Program-made: the position numbers and the translations under genes
Part shown: positions 1 through 10,916 of the stretch, piece after piece
Layout of the letters: each line of letters begins with the position of its first letter
Position numbering within the stretch: the stretch's first letter is position 1
The notes under the pieces: model-generated
What the model was told of the DNA's origin: nothing
The model's input: the letters and a program-made list of their open reading frames with translations, nothing else
Database searches by the model: none
NCBI GenBank assembly: GCA_963790025.1
Contig: CAWBMP010000004.1
Location: 896,001 to 960,000, forward strand
Length of the DNA stretch: 64,000 nucleotides
From: Nitrospirota bacterium
GTDB lineage: Bacteria > Nitrospirota > Thermodesulfovibrionia > Thermodesulfovibrionales > Dissulfurispiraceae
Reading direction: 5' to 3'

Positions 1-570
1 GCTATTGCTGCATGGCCCTGGGGGGCCTATCTGGGTGAGGATGGTCTGGAGAACGGCATTCGGGTCAAAGTCTCTTCTTTCATCAGAAATCATGTGAACT
101 CAAATATGTCGCGCGGCAAGATCTGCGGCTATTATGTCAATTCACAAATTGCCAAAAAGGAGGCAATTTCCTGCGGATATGATGAAGCTCTGCTCCTCGA
201 TACCGAAGGCTATGTCTCCGAAGGCAGCGGTGAAAATATCTTCATTGTAAGGAACAATACTCTCAAGACAACGCCTCTGACCTCAATTCTGGAAGGTATT
301 ACGCGTGACAGCATTCTGACATTTGCCGAAGAGATCGGCATAGAAACTGCCGAAACCCGTTTTACCCGTGATGAGGTCTATATTTCGGACGAGGCATTCT
401 TTACCGGGACAGCGGCAGAGATTACTCCCATCCGTGAACTCGACGGCAGAATCATCGGAAATGGAAAAGCGGGCAAAATAACGAAGAAATTGCAGTCGGT
501 CTTTTTTGATATTGTTAAGGGCAAAAATAAGAAATACCAATCGTGGCTTACCTATATAAAAAGCCAATAG
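1..570 (+). CDS. ilvE: Branched-chain amino acid aminotransferase (5'-truncated by window edge)
   Basis: Frame is open from base 1 ([12 protein letters not shown]...); class IV PLP motifs [33 protein letters not shown]. Confidence 0.95.
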   Translation, partial: AIAAWPWGAYLGEDGLENGIRVKVSSFIRNHVNSNMSRGKICGYYVNSQIAKKEAISCGYDEALLLDTEGYVSEGSGENIFIVRNNTLKTTPLTSILEGITRDSILTFAEEIGIETAETRFTRDEVYISDEAFFTGTAAEITPIRELDGRIIGNGKAGKITKKLQSVFFDIVKGKNKKYQSWLTYIKSQ

Positions 571-592
571 CTAAGAGTTAAAAGTTAAAAGT

Positions 593-629
593 TAAAAAAA
601 AAGGGCGACCTGAACAGTCGCCCTTTTTT
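593..629. terminator. Bidirectional intrinsic terminator between convergent genes
   Basis: A-run + GGGCGAC-loop-GTCGCCC + T-run. Confidence 0.85.
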
Positions 630-680
630 CGGCTTAAACTTTAGCTCTTAGCTATTGTCTCTTGGCTCTTAGCTTTTTTA

Positions 681-1016
681 CTATTTCTTGTGGCACTTTG
701 TGCAGTTAGCCTTATCATTGGCGTCGAAAGACTTTGTGCCGTTATGGCAAGCGCCGCAAAACTTGCCTCCCTTAATGTCAGCCATGGTAATTTTGGCCGA
801 TCCTTCCTTGCCCGGGCCCTTCATAGGGAAGAGCTTCGGGTTCACATGGCAGTCAGCGCATTTCAAGCCTTTATCGGCGTGAACTTTGCCTTGAAAAACA
901 ACCTTTCCGGCATCACCACCCGCAAACTCAACAGTTTTTCCGGAAGGGACCGCCATTGCGCTGCCGACAAAAACAATGGCAACGATTACTACTAATAATG
1001 CTGAAAGATATCTCAT
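681..1016 (-). CDS. Periplasmic triheme c7-type cytochrome
   Basis: Signal peptide plus three CxxCH motifs (CADCH, CGACH, CTKCH). Confidence 0.9.
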   Translation of the reverse strand: MRYLSALLVVIVAIVFVGSAMAVPSGKTVEFAGGDAGKVVFQGKVHADKGLKCADCHVNPKLFPMKGPGKEGSAKITMADIKGGKFCGACHNGTKSFDANDKANCTKCHKK

Positions 1017-1160
1017 TTCTTCACCCCCTTTCCTCCATTGTAAGCATTTAGTGTACCAAAATCAATGATTTTGATTATACAACAAAAAAAACTTTTCAAA
1101 AAGCATTTCCTTTCCCATTAGGGGAAAGGTCTTTGTTTTTGGGGAACTATAGCCTGGCTG

Positions 1161-1511
1161 CTATTTTTTATGGCACCTCGAACAATTTGCCTTGTCGTTC
1201 GCAGAAAAGGCAGCTTTCCCGTCATGACAGGCGCCACAAAGCTTCCCCTCGGACATCTCTTTCATGGACATCCGGCTGGGCGGACTCCCTGACTTCATGT
1301 TTGCAAACACCCGCGTATGACAGTCATGGCATCTAAATCCCTTTTTTTTATGCAAAGTTCCATCAAACACAACTCTGCCTTCCCCGCCGCCTTCCCATAC
1401 AACGGTCCTACCCGGGGCTATAGCAAAAGCGTTATTACAAAAAAATCCCGTCAGTGCAGTCAAAGCCATCACTGAAAATAGTGCATACCACCATCCTCTC
1501 CAGACTGTCAT
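1161..1511 (-). CDS. Periplasmic triheme c7-type cytochrome (paralogue of 681..1016)
   Basis: Signal peptide plus CHDCH, CGACH, CSRCH; shared GxVVF and C-terminal ANDKANC motifs. Confidence 0.9.
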   Translation of the reverse strand: MTVWRGWWYALFSVMALTALTGFFCNNAFAIAPGRTVVWEGGGEGRVVFDGTLHKKKGFRCHDCHTRVFANMKSGSPPSRMSMKEMSEGKLCGACHDGKAAFSANDKANCSRCHKK

Positions 1512-2971
1512 GACAATTTCCTCTTCAGCAGGTCGCTCAGCAGTTGAGGATTTGCCTTGCCTTTGGTAGCTTTCATTACCTGGCCCACAAAAAAACCTAT
1601 AAGCTTTTCATCTCCGGACCTGAAACGCTCCAGCTCTTTTGTATGCTTAGACAGGACTTCATCTACTGCTTTCTCTATTGCGCCCTCGTCGCTTATCTGC
1701 ACCAGTCCTTTTTCCCTTACCACCGTATCTGCATCTTTGCCGCTCCTGAACATCTCTTCAAAAACCGTTTTTGCTATTTTCCCGCTTATTGTTCCGTTGT
1801 CGATAAGGCGGAGCATGCCTGCAAGCTGCGCGGGCTGCAATGGACACTCTTGAATTGACCTGCCGTCCTCGTTAAGCAGTCTCATCATGTCACCCATCAT
1901 CCAGTTAGACACCGCTTTGGGCTGTCCCCCCTCCCTGACTGCACTCTCGTACCAATCAGCGATTACTATTTCCGAAGTAAGCAGGTCTGCATCGTATCCA
2001 GGGAGATCGTATCGTGCCGCAAACCGTTCGCGCTTGGCATCGGGCAATTCCGGAAGACAGGCTTTTATCTCATCGATTGTTTCCGCTCCTATTGCCATAG
2101 GAACAAGATCCGGTTCCGGAAAGTAACGGTAGTCGTGAGCTTCTTCTTTTGACCTCATGGACAGAGTTATCCCGGCCCCTGCATCCCAAAGCCTTGTTTC
2201 CTGAATGACATTGCCGCCATCCTCAAGTATCTTTATCTGACGCTTTATCTCATATTCCAGCGCCCGCTCGACAAACCTGAAAGAATTCATGTTTTTAAGT
2301 TCAGCCTTGACCCCCAATGTCTGCTGCCCCGCGGGGCGAACAGACACATTGGCGTCGCATCTGAGGGAACCCTGCTCCATGTTACCGTCACATACCCCGA
2401 GATACCTGAGAATGCTTCTGATTTTCTTCATATACTCTGCAGCTTCTTTCGGACTTCTGATATCGGGCTCAGAAACGATTTCCATAAGTGGTACGCCTGC
2501 TCGGTTCAAATCAACAAAACTGTGACTTCCTTTTCCCTCATGGATATTTTTGCCCGCGTCATCTTCCATATGTATTCTGGTGATGCCGATTCTCCTCACC
2601 TCACCATCCACCAGGATTTCGATAAAGCCCCCTATACACAGCGGGAGTTCGTACTGACTTATCTGGTAACCTTTCGGAAGGTCGGGATAGAAGTAATTTT
2701 TCCTGGCAAACCTGCTGTAAGAGGCGATGCTGCAATGCATGGCAAGCCCGGTTTTAATTGCAAGATTAACCGCTTTTCGGTTAAGCACCGGAAGAACGCC
2801 AGGCATGCCGATGCAAACAGGGCATGTCTGCGTATTGGGTCCAGAGCCGAATTTGGTGGAACAGCCGCAAAACAGCTTTGAATCAGTCAGCATCTGGGCA
2901 TGAACTTCAAGCCCTATGACCGCCTCAAAGCGTTCAGCGTTCAGCGCACCGCGTTCAGCTTCCGACTTCAT
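1508..2971 (-). CDS. gatB: Asp/Glu-tRNA amidotransferase subunit B
   Basis: [36 protein letters not shown]; start placed at the ATG overlapping the gatA stop (ATGA). Confidence 0.97.
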   Translation of the reverse strand: MKSEAERGALNAERFEAVIGLEVHAQMLTDSKLFCGCSTKFGSGPNTQTCPVCIGMPGVLPVLNRKAVNLAIKTGLAMHCSIASYSRFARKNYFYPDLPKGYQISQYELPLCIGGFIEILVDGEVRRIGITRIHMEDDAGKNIHEGKGSHSFVDLNRAGVPLMEIVSEPDIRSPKEAAEYMKKIRSILRYLGVCDGNMEQGSLRCDANVSVRPAGQQTLGVKAELKNMNSFRFVERALEYEIKRQIKILEDGGNVIQETRLWDAGAGITLSMRSKEEAHDYRYFPEPDLVPMAIGAETIDEIKACLPELPDAKRERFAARYDLPGYDADLLTSEIVIADWYESAVREGGQPKAVSNWMMGDMMRLLNEDGRSIQECPLQPAQLAGMLRLIDNGTISGKIAKTVFEEMFRSGKDADTVVREKGLVQISDEGAIEKAVDEVLSKHTKELERFRSGDEKLIGFFVGQVMKATKGKANPQLLSDLLKRKLS

Positions 2972-4422
2972 AACTGCGGTCTCCTGAGGTGCCAATCAGT
3001 ACTCTGCTCATATGCATAAGCAACCTTAAAAATGGCCTCTTCGTCAAAATGCCGTCCGATAATCTGGAGGCCGACCGGCAAGTTGGCATTTGTAAAACCG
3101 CAGGGTATGGACATTGCCGGAACACCCGCAAGATTTATTGAAATGGTGAAAATATCAGAGAGATACATCTGGAGAGGATCGGTTGCTTTCTCCCCGATTC
3201 TGAATGCGGCACTCGGCGAGGTGGGGGTAACAATTACATCCGCCTGCGTAAAGGCATTGTCGAAATCCTGCTTTATCAGTGTTCTTACTTGTTGGGCTTT
3301 CTTGTAATATGCATCGTAATAGCCGGCCGACAAGGCATAGGTGCCGAGCATTATCCGCCTTTTGACCTCAGAACCGAACCCCTCTGCACGCGTGTTCATG
3401 TACATATCGAGAAGATCTTTTCCTTCGGACCTATGGCCGTATTTGACACCGTCATACCGCGCGAGATTTGATGATGCCTCGGAGGTGGCAAGAATATAAT
3501 ACGAGGCAATTGCATAGCCGGTATGTGGAAGAGAGACTTCCACGATAACTGCTCCGAGCGATTCAAGCTTTTTTATAGCCGCACGTACCGCATTCTCTAC
3601 ATCTCTGTCCATTCCCTCGACAAAGTATTCCTTCGGGATGCCTATCTTTAGCCCATTGATGTCCCGGCCGAGCACCAGAGCAAAATCTGGTACGTCAACC
3701 GGCGCCGAAGTTGAATCGCGCGGATCATGGCCACCGATAACGTTCATCATAATAGCAGCATCAGTAACATTCTTGGTAATGGGTCCTATCTGATCGAGGG
3801 ACGATGCGAAGGCAACGAGTCCGTACCTCGACACACGGCCGTAAGTCGGTTTGAGACCGACTATCCCGCAGAGCGCTGCGGGCTGCCTTATCGAGCCCCC
3901 GGTGTCCGAACCAAGTGCAGCTATGCACTCGTCTGCGGCAACTGCGGCAGCGGAACCGCCGCTGCTGCCTCCTGGCACGCACTGCAGATTCCAGGGGTTT
4001 CTTGTAGTGTGAAATCGTGAATTTTCTGTAGAGGACCCCATAGCAAACTCATCAAGGTTCGTCTTACCAATCATAATATAGTTCTGCCCTGCCAGCCGTC
4101 CCGTAACAGTGCTCTCATAAGGTGGAATAAAATTATGAAGCATTTTGGAAGCGCAGGTGGTCAGTATTCCCTTAGTGCACATATTGTCTTTGACCGCAAC
4201 CGGAACGCCTGTGAGGAGGAACGCCTTACCGGACACAATGGCCTCTGCGGCGGCATCAGCCATCCTGTATGCATCATCCTGAGTGAGCGTTATGAACGCC
4301 CTGACACTGTCTTCAACCCTTTTGATGCATCCATAGGTATCATCAAGAATTTCCCTGGGCGTAATCTCCCGGTTGTCAAGCAACCTTCTCACGTCTGAAA
4401 TGGTGAGTTCGTTAAGCTTCAA
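2968..4422 (-). CDS. gatA: Asp/Glu-tRNA amidotransferase subunit A
   Basis: Amidase signature [27 protein letters not shown] start after GGAGG. Confidence 0.97.
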   Translation of the reverse strand: MKLNELTISDVRRLLDNREITPREILDDTYGCIKRVEDSVRAFITLTQDDAYRMADAAAEAIVSGKAFLLTGVPVAVKDNMCTKGILTTCASKMLHNFIPPYESTVTGRLAGQNYIMIGKTNLDEFAMGSSTENSRFHTTRNPWNLQCVPGGSSGGSAAAVAADECIAALGSDTGGSIRQPAALCGIVGLKPTYGRVSRYGLVAFASSLDQIGPITKNVTDAAIMMNVIGGHDPRDSTSAPVDVPDFALVLGRDINGLKIGIPKEYFVEGMDRDVENAVRAAIKKLESLGAVIVEVSLPHTGYAIASYYILATSEASSNLARYDGVKYGHRSEGKDLLDMYMNTRAEGFGSEVKRRIMLGTYALSAGYYDAYYKKAQQVRTLIKQDFDNAFTQADVIVTPTSPSAAFRIGEKATDPLQMYLSDIFTISINLAGVPAMSIPCGFTNANLPVGLQIIGRHFDEEAIFKVAYAYEQSTDWHLRRPQL

Positions 4423-4570
4423 AACAACGCCTCCCGAATATAACTCCAAGATAGTGTCAAAGCATCAAAGTGTCTTAGAATTCAAGGCTTTGATACTTTG
4501 ATGCCTCTATACTCTTAAATAAACAAACCAAAAGCTAATATTATCATTCTGATATAATATTTGCAAGGCT

Positions 4571-5500
4571 ATGAAAGAGATTATAAGGGTTTCCCAGTCC
4601 GGCCATTCACAAAGGCTCGATGTCTTTGCTGCTGATAACACCGGGACTACACGCTCCCAAATCCAGATATTGATTAAAGAAGGCAATGTCCTTGTTAATA
4701 ATATGAGAGCAAGTCCGGGTTACCGGTTACAACCGCGCGATATCATCGAAATAGTGCGCCCTGAACCGGCAACTGACGAACTCATACCCGAAGATATACC
4801 GATTAATATTCTCTATAGTGACGAGCACATTGCGGTAGTAGACAAGCAGCCAGGGATGGTCGTGTACCCATCAGCCGGCCACAAACAGGGCACGCTGCTT
4901 AATGCGCTGGCATACCACTTCAAAAAAATTGCTAGTATCGGAGGGCCTTTGCGCCCCGGCGTAGTCCACCGCCTAGATAAAGATACATCGGGCGTTATGG
5001 TCATAGCACTCGACGATCCGGCCTATTACGGCCTGGCCGACCAATTTAAAAACAGGACGATACAGCGGCGCTACCGTGCGATCATATACAACAACATAGT
5101 GAAAGACTCTGGAGAAATTGTTATGGAAATAGGACGCTGCACTTCTGACAGAAAGAAGATGTCTACGCGGACAAAGCATGGTAAAGAGGCAGTCACCCGA
5201 TGGAAGGTAATCAGCAGGTTCGGCGTAGCCACGTTAATCGAGGCAAAACTCGGCACTGGGAGGACCCACCAGATAAGGGTGCATTTTGCAGCAATAGGAC
5301 ATCCGGTGCTGGGCGATTCAACATACGGCAAAAAAACCTCAGTCGACGTAAAACATGGCCGGATTACTTTTCCACGTCAGATGCTCCATGCCGAACTGCT
5401 CGGTTTCACCCACCCCGTCACAGGACACTATATCGAATTTTCAAGCCCGCTGCCGGATGACATGCAGGACTGCATCGCAAAGCTTTCCGTTGCTTTCTGA
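4571..5500 (+). CDS. rluD: RluA-family pseudouridine synthase with S4 domain (RluD-like)
   Basis: HRLDKDTSG, TGRTHQIRVH, LHA motifs; N-terminal S4-like segment. Confidence 0.88.
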   Translation: MKEIIRVSQSGHSQRLDVFAADNTGTTRSQIQILIKEGNVLVNNMRASPGYRLQPRDIIEIVRPEPATDELIPEDIPINILYSDEHIAVVDKQPGMVVYPSAGHKQGTLLNALAYHFKKIASIGGPLRPGVVHRLDKDTSGVMVIALDDPAYYGLADQFKNRTIQRRYRAIIYNNIVKDSGEIVMEIGRCTSDRKKMSTRTKHGKEAVTRWKVISRFGVATLIEAKLGTGRTHQIRVHFAAIGHPVLGDSTYGKKTSVDVKHGRITFPRQMLHAELLGFTHPVTGHYIEFSSPLPDDMQDCIAKLSVAF

Positions 5501-5680
5501 ATTAAAAGCGAGTTAAAAGATCCGTCAACTAATTATATCCGCCATGCCTGTTGCAATTAAGGGGATAAAGTTATAAAATTCATCACATGATCTTTCATCA
5601 TAAGCCGTAGCAACGAAGGATTTTTTGTTGACTGCTAAATAAGATTTTAAAAAAATTGTTACTGAGGACGGAGGTATGCC

Positions 5681-6490
5681 ATGGCTATAATTACCATTTC
5701 AAGAGGTTCGTACACCAGAGGGAAAGAAATAGCTGAAAAAGTCGCCAAGAGACTGGGTTATGAGTGTATTGCCAGGGAAGCTGTGATTGAAGCTTCCAAG
5801 GAATTTAATATACCCGAGGTCAAGCTGGTGAGGGCGCTTCACGATGCGCCATCTGTTTTGGACAGATTTTCTTATGGAAAAGAAAAATTCATAGCGTTCT
5901 ACCAGCTTGGGTTCCTGAAACATCTTCATAAAAACAACGTGGTTTACCATGGACTCGCAGGGCATTTCCTGCTCAAAGGGGTCTCTCATGTGCTCAAGAT
6001 CCGTATCATTGCCGATATGGAAGAGCGCGCTAAATTTGAGATGGAACGTGAAAAAATATCTGAGAAAGAAGCATACAGGCTTCTGAAGAACGATGATGAG
6101 GAAAGAAGAAAATGGAGCCAATATGTTCATGGAGTCGATACTAACGACCCTTCACTCTACGACCTTTTAATCAAGATTAGAAAAATAACTGTTGATGATG
6201 CCGTTGACATTATATGTCATACAGTCGGTCTTGAAGATTTCAAGACCACGAGACAGTCTCAGGCGGCATTTGACAATTTGCTCCTTGCTGCCAATGTTAA
6301 GGTTGCCATAATCGAGCAGGCCCCCGATGCTGAAGTTTTTGCCAAGGACGGTATTGTTCGTATCAAGACAAGCGCTACCGAGTATCGTGAAGATGCAGTT
6401 GTCGAAGCCCTAAAGCTGGCTGCCAAGAGTGTAGCCGGCGTTAGGGAAGTCGAAATATACGTCGTACCTGTATTGCCCTTTGGCGTTTGA
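5681..6490 (+). CDS. Cytidylate kinase-like family protein with C-terminal BON-like domain
   Basis: IITISRG..G.EIA..VA..LGY start, YDL motif; C-terminal VAGVREVE. Confidence 0.75.
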   Translation: MAIITISRGSYTRGKEIAEKVAKRLGYECIAREAVIEASKEFNIPEVKLVRALHDAPSVLDRFSYGKEKFIAFYQLGFLKHLHKNNVVYHGLAGHFLLKGVSHVLKIRIIADMEERAKFEMEREKISEKEAYRLLKNDDEERRKWSQYVHGVDTNDPSLYDLLIKIRKITVDDAVDIICHTVGLEDFKTTRQSQAAFDNLLLAANVKVAIIEQAPDAEVFAKDGIVRIKTSATEYREDAVVEALKLAAKSVAGVREVEIYVVPVLPFGV

Positions 6491-6578
6491 CAGTTGTGCA
6501 GATCCTAAGCTTGGGCAATAATAGAGCGATATGTTAGAATATTTAGTAATACCTGCTAACTCATTGATTTTATTGCCT

Positions 6579-6652
6579 GCGCCCATAGCTCAGTTGGATA
6601 GAGCGACGGACTACGAATCCGCAGGTCGGGGGTTCGAATCCTCCTGGGCGCG
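6579..6652 (+). tRNA. tRNA-Arg(ACG)
   Basis: GCGCCCA...TGGGCGC acceptor stem, TAGCTCAGTTGGATAGAGC D arm, CT-ACG-AA anticodon loop, GGTTCGAATCC T arm; CCA not encoded. Confidence 0.97.
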
Positions 6653-6745
6653 TTTCTCACAGGCGCATTGATGTTATCTCACTCTTTTGTATCCATGATG
6701 CGAACGGCAACGATGGCATTTTTAACATAAGGAGCATCACCGGGC

Positions 6746-8077
6746 ATGTCCAGCGGGATACCGTTAAAGAAACTTACCGCTATCAAGATAGCCACTACCT
6801 ATGCGCTGATTGCCGGGCTATGGATACTGTTTTCCGATCGCTTAATAGCGGAACTCTACAGCAATATTGGTACACCTACCAAAGTAAGTATCTTTAAAGG
6901 CTGGTTCTTTATAGGTGTTACCTCCTGGTTGCTATATTTCTTAATACAGCGCAACATTGGGTTAATTCAAGGCTCCGAGAAAGCCCTTAAAGAGTCGATT
7001 GCCAGATTAGAAGATGAAAAAGCCAAGTCGGAGGCTATACTGGCAGCTATTGGAGACGGCATTTGCATTTTTGACACTGATTTTAAAATACTCTATCAGA
7101 ACCAGGCCCACCAGAATTTCCTCGGCAGTCATGCGGGTAAATATTGTTATAAGGCATATGCAGGGAATGACACCATCTGCGAAGGTTGCACGGTAAATAT
7201 GACTTCTCGAGACTGGGGGACCGGCGTAGTCGAACATTCCGTTCCGGCGGGTGATGGAATTAAGGATTTTGAAAGCGCTGTCTTCCCGCTCAAAGACTCC
7301 GCAGGCAAGATAGCTGCGGGGGTTGAGGTGGTCAGGGAAATAACCGCCCGCAAAAAAGCTGAGGGCGATTTACTCAGGACAAAAAAACTGGAATCAATAG
7401 GGGTCCTTGCCCGCGGCTTCTCTCATGATTTCAATAATCTGCTGACCGGCATTCTCGGCAATATTTCACTCGCAAAAACGTCCGTGTCACCCGAAGACAA
7501 CTTGTTCGGTTTTCTCACAAAGGCGGAAAATGCCTGTCTCCGTGCAGAGCATTTGACCAATCAATTGCACGCGATCGCAAAAAGCAGTGAGTCCAAAAAA
7601 AAGTCCCTCTCCATCAGCGGTCTCATAAAAGAGTCTTCAGCATTTGCGCTTAACGGCTCCGCAATCAAATGTACTTATCAGCTTCCCGATCATCTTTGGC
7701 CTGTCATGGTAGACGAAGGTCAGATTAGCCAGGCTATCTATAACATAGTAGCCAATGCCTGTGATGTTATGCACGGTAACGGGCACATTAAAATCGGTGC
7801 TGAGAATGTCGTTATCGGGTCCCATAACAGCTCCATGTTAAAGCGGGGCAACTACATCAGAATATCGATAGAGGACGAAGGCGCCGGCATCGAGAAAGAG
7901 CTGCTCCACAAAATATTCGATCCCTATTTTACTACTAAAGAGTTAAGCAGTGATACGGGGACGGGGCTAAGTCTGGCCGCGAGCTATTTCGCAGTTAAAA
8001 ATCACCAGGGCTATATTTTTGCCGAGTCAACAGTCGGGGAAGGTACCAACTTTTGCGTTTACCTGCCCTCCGCTTAA
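6746..8077 (+). CDS. Membrane PAS-domain sensor histidine kinase
   Basis: Two TM helices, PAS region, HDFNNLL H-box, DEGAGI and FDPYFTTK boxes. Confidence 0.9.
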   Translation: MSSGIPLKKLTAIKIATTYALIAGLWILFSDRLIAELYSNIGTPTKVSIFKGWFFIGVTSWLLYFLIQRNIGLIQGSEKALKESIARLEDEKAKSEAILAAIGDGICIFDTDFKILYQNQAHQNFLGSHAGKYCYKAYAGNDTICEGCTVNMTSRDWGTGVVEHSVPAGDGIKDFESAVFPLKDSAGKIAAGVEVVREITARKKAEGDLLRTKKLESIGVLARGFSHDFNNLLTGILGNISLAKTSVSPEDNLFGFLTKAENACLRAEHLTNQLHAIAKSSESKKKSLSISGLIKESSAFALNGSAIKCTYQLPDHLWPVMVDEGQISQAIYNIVANACDVMHGNGHIKIGAENVVIGSHNSSMLKRGNYIRISIEDEGAGIEKELLHKIFDPYFTTKELSSDTGTGLSLAASYFAVKNHQGYIFAESTVGEGTNFCVYLPSA

Positions 8078-8101
8078 ACTAAAGCAATTCCGGGAGATCT
8101 T

Positions 8102-9469
8102 TTGTTTTCAGATGAGGGACGCATTAATCTGACCGCAGGAAATTTGTGGCTATCAATATGGCAGCTTTCATGGCCCATGATGCTCATCATGATCTTGAAC
8201 TTTTTAGTGGGGCTGACTGATGTTTACGTAGCTGGATTCATCAGTCCCGAGGTGCAGGCGGTTGTAGGCTTCGTCGGCCAGATATTTTTTCTCAACATTA
8301 TCATCGCAAATGCAATCAGTGTCGGCACTATTGCACTGCTTTCGCGCTCCATAGGAGCCGGCGATTTTGGAAGTGCGGTAAAAATTGCGAGGCAGTCGCT
8401 CATATTCGGTATTCTGGCTGCCGTAGTGCTGACTACGGCAGGTCTGGTTTTTTTCCGGGAAATAGCCTTTATTGCCGGATTTCCGGGAAATATTCAAGAA
8501 ATTGCCGGACGCTTCATCAGAATTTTTGCCCTGTCGCTAGGGCCGAATTATATCCTGATTATTTCTAACGCCGTATTTCGGGCAAGCGGTGAGGTCAAAA
8601 AAATCATGTTTACCATGTTCGTGGTAAGCGCCGTGAATATTGCGGGCAATTTCGTGTTTGTCTTCGGCATTCCGCCTTTTCCAAGGCTGGGGTATATTGG
8701 TATCGCTATCTCTACAGCGCTCGCTGTAACAGCGGGGATGACTATAAACTTCACTCTATTTGCCTTCAGCAGATGGCGTGCCATCTACCGGGCGCCGATG
8801 GCCCTCTCGGTCGACACTATCAGAAAGGTCATGAGTCTGAGCTGGCCGGCCGCTTTACTTCAGATCGCCTGGAATGCCGGTAGCATTGCTCTTTTCAACA
8901 TACTGGGAAGACTCGGCAGCGCAAGCATCACCGCGCTCGCTTCGCTAACGAACGGTCTCAGAATAGAAGCTATTATCTATCTCCCGGCATTTGCCCTGAA
9001 TATGGCTGCGGCAGTGATCATAGGGCAAAGCCTGGGGGCAAAAGACTTTGCCAGGGCGGAAGAGGCCGGATGGAAGATGGTTTCAGCCGGCATAGCTCTC
9101 GTCAGTGCAATGGCATTCATTATTTTCGTCCGGGCAGAAAACTTTGCGTCAATAATTACCAGCGACCCCTCCGTGCTAAAAGAAACCGCCCGATACCTGA
9201 GATTTAACATGGTATCCGAGCCCTTCATGGCATTAAGCGTAATACTGGGAGGAGGACTTCAGGGAGCAGGGGACACCAGGGGGACTATGAGAATAATTGT
9301 CTTAGCCATGTGGGTCATCAGGATTCCCCTGGCCGGTCTGCTTGCTCTTGTTTTCGGCTACGGGGCTTTGGGGGTCTGGACAGCAATGGTCACTTCCATG
9401 ATCATTCAAGGTATACTTATGGCATATAGATTTCATAACGGACTATGGAAAAAACTAACTCTTGAATAA
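8102..9469 (+). CDS. MATE family efflux transporter
   Basis: ~12 hydrophobic helices, LSWPMM, GQSLGA, GAGDTR motifs. Confidence 0.9.
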   Translation: MFSDEGRINLTAGNLWLSIWQLSWPMMLIMILNFLVGLTDVYVAGFISPEVQAVVGFVGQIFFLNIIIANAISVGTIALLSRSIGAGDFGSAVKIARQSLIFGILAAVVLTTAGLVFFREIAFIAGFPGNIQEIAGRFIRIFALSLGPNYILIISNAVFRASGEVKKIMFTMFVVSAVNIAGNFVFVFGIPPFPRLGYIGIAISTALAVTAGMTINFTLFAFSRWRAIYRAPMALSVDTIRKVMSLSWPAALLQIAWNAGSIALFNILGRLGSASITALASLTNGLRIEAIIYLPAFALNMAAAVIIGQSLGAKDFARAEEAGWKMVSAGIALVSAMAFIIFVRAENFASIITSDPSVLKETARYLRFNMVSEPFMALSVILGGGLQGAGDTRGTMRIIVLAMWVIRIPLAGLLALVFGYGALGVWTAMVTSMIIQGILMAYRFHNGLWKKLTLE

Positions 9470-9489
9470 GCCTTTATAAAGGAGATAGC

Positions 9490-10728
9490 ATGCTGAAATT
9501 GTTTAATACCCTGGGGCGCAAGCTCGAACCGTTCAATCAACGCAAGACCGGGACGGTAACCATGTTCACCTGCGGACCTTCTGTTTACCAGAAGTCCCAT
9601 ATAGGGAATTTCAGGACCTTTTTATTCGAGGACATCCTTCTGCGGTATCTGGAATATCTGGGCTACACGGTGGAGAGAGGCATGAACTTTACCGACGTCG
9701 AAGACAAGGCGATTGCTGAAGCCAGAGGTCGAAAGACCGGCCTGAAACAGCTTACCGGGCAGAACATAAAAATCTTTCTGAAGGAAATGAAACTCCTTGC
9801 CATGAAGGTTCCCGATTTCCTGCCCAGGGCTTCGGAGAGCGTCGAGGAAGCTGCCGAAATCATAGAGCACCTTCTCAACCGCCATGTTGCCTACTGGCAC
9901 CAGGGGAGTGTCTATTTTGATCCACTGATGTTCCCCGGGTTCGGAAAGCTCTACGGGCTAGACATGTCACACTGGCCAAAGAAAAAAATACGTTTCCATA
10001 AGGACACATATCCGGGCATTCAGTGGAACCTCGGAGATTTTATTCTATGGCACGGTTATAAAGAGGGCGATGGCATTTACTGGGATACAAAAATAGGCAG
10101 GGGAAGACCATCCTGGAATATCCAGGACCCGAGCATGATCGTCAGATATTTCCATGAGACACTCTCGGTCTACTGTGGAGGCATCGATAACCTTTATCGT
10201 CACCACGATTACAACCTGGCCATACTCGAATCGCTAAAGGATGATCCAAGATACCGGTTCCGGCCCATGTCCAGGTTCTGGCTGCATTGCCATCATCTCC
10301 ACGTAAACGGCCGGAAGATGTCAAAGAGCAAGGGGAATATTCATTACATCGAAACGCTTCAGGCATTGGGCTATACGCCGTCTGAAATCCGGTTTTTCCT
10401 CATATACTGCCATTACCGCCGGACACTCAATTTCTCGGAGAGCGCCATTGCGGCTTCCGCTGAAAAGCTCAGGCGACTTAAAAAGACCATCGAGGCTTTA
10501 ACAAAGAAAATGCACAGCGGGCAGAAGAGTACCGACAGCGTCATGTCGCGTACCATAAAAAAACGCTTTGAAGATCATATGGATAACGACCTCGATGTCA
10601 GGCAGGCTTTTGATGAAGTATACAATACGGTTATTCAGATTGATCCGACCGCGACAGGATCCGGCGACGGTGCGGCTATTGTACTTGCGCTCAAAGAAGT
10701 GGATCAGGTACTGCAGGTGCTTTTCTAG
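9490..10728 (+). CDS. Degenerate cysteinyl-tRNA synthetase-like protein (class I ligase paralogue)
   Basis: CGPSVY..SHIGN, NFTDVEDK and KMSKS present; Zn-ligand motifs altered; 412 aa, lacks distal anticodon-binding domain. Confidence 0.85.
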   Translation: MLKLFNTLGRKLEPFNQRKTGTVTMFTCGPSVYQKSHIGNFRTFLFEDILLRYLEYLGYTVERGMNFTDVEDKAIAEARGRKTGLKQLTGQNIKIFLKEMKLLAMKVPDFLPRASESVEEAAEIIEHLLNRHVAYWHQGSVYFDPLMFPGFGKLYGLDMSHWPKKKIRFHKDTYPGIQWNLGDFILWHGYKEGDGIYWDTKIGRGRPSWNIQDPSMIVRYFHETLSVYCGGIDNLYRHHDYNLAILESLKDDPRYRFRPMSRFWLHCHHLHVNGRKMSKSKGNIHYIETLQALGYTPSEIRFFLIYCHYRRTLNFSESAIAASAEKLRRLKKTIEALTKKMHSGQKSTDSVMSRTIKKRFEDHMDNDLDVRQAFDEVYNTVIQIDPTATGSGDGAAIVLALKEVDQVLQVLF

Positions 10729-10810
10729 ACCTTAATAAGCAGTGCGTGACAGGTTGCCGAGAAAAATTCATTGGCAACATGGCGTAGAATGTGGTATTTT
10801 ATAGGATATT

Positions 10811-10883
<73 letters not shown>

Positions 10884-10916
10884 CTTTGAATTTCAATAAG
10901 TTATGCCATTCCATTT

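Noticed and set aside
6579..6652. Island integrated at tRNA-Arg
   Set aside because: No duplicated tRNA-Arg fragment or adjacent integrase seen in the window.
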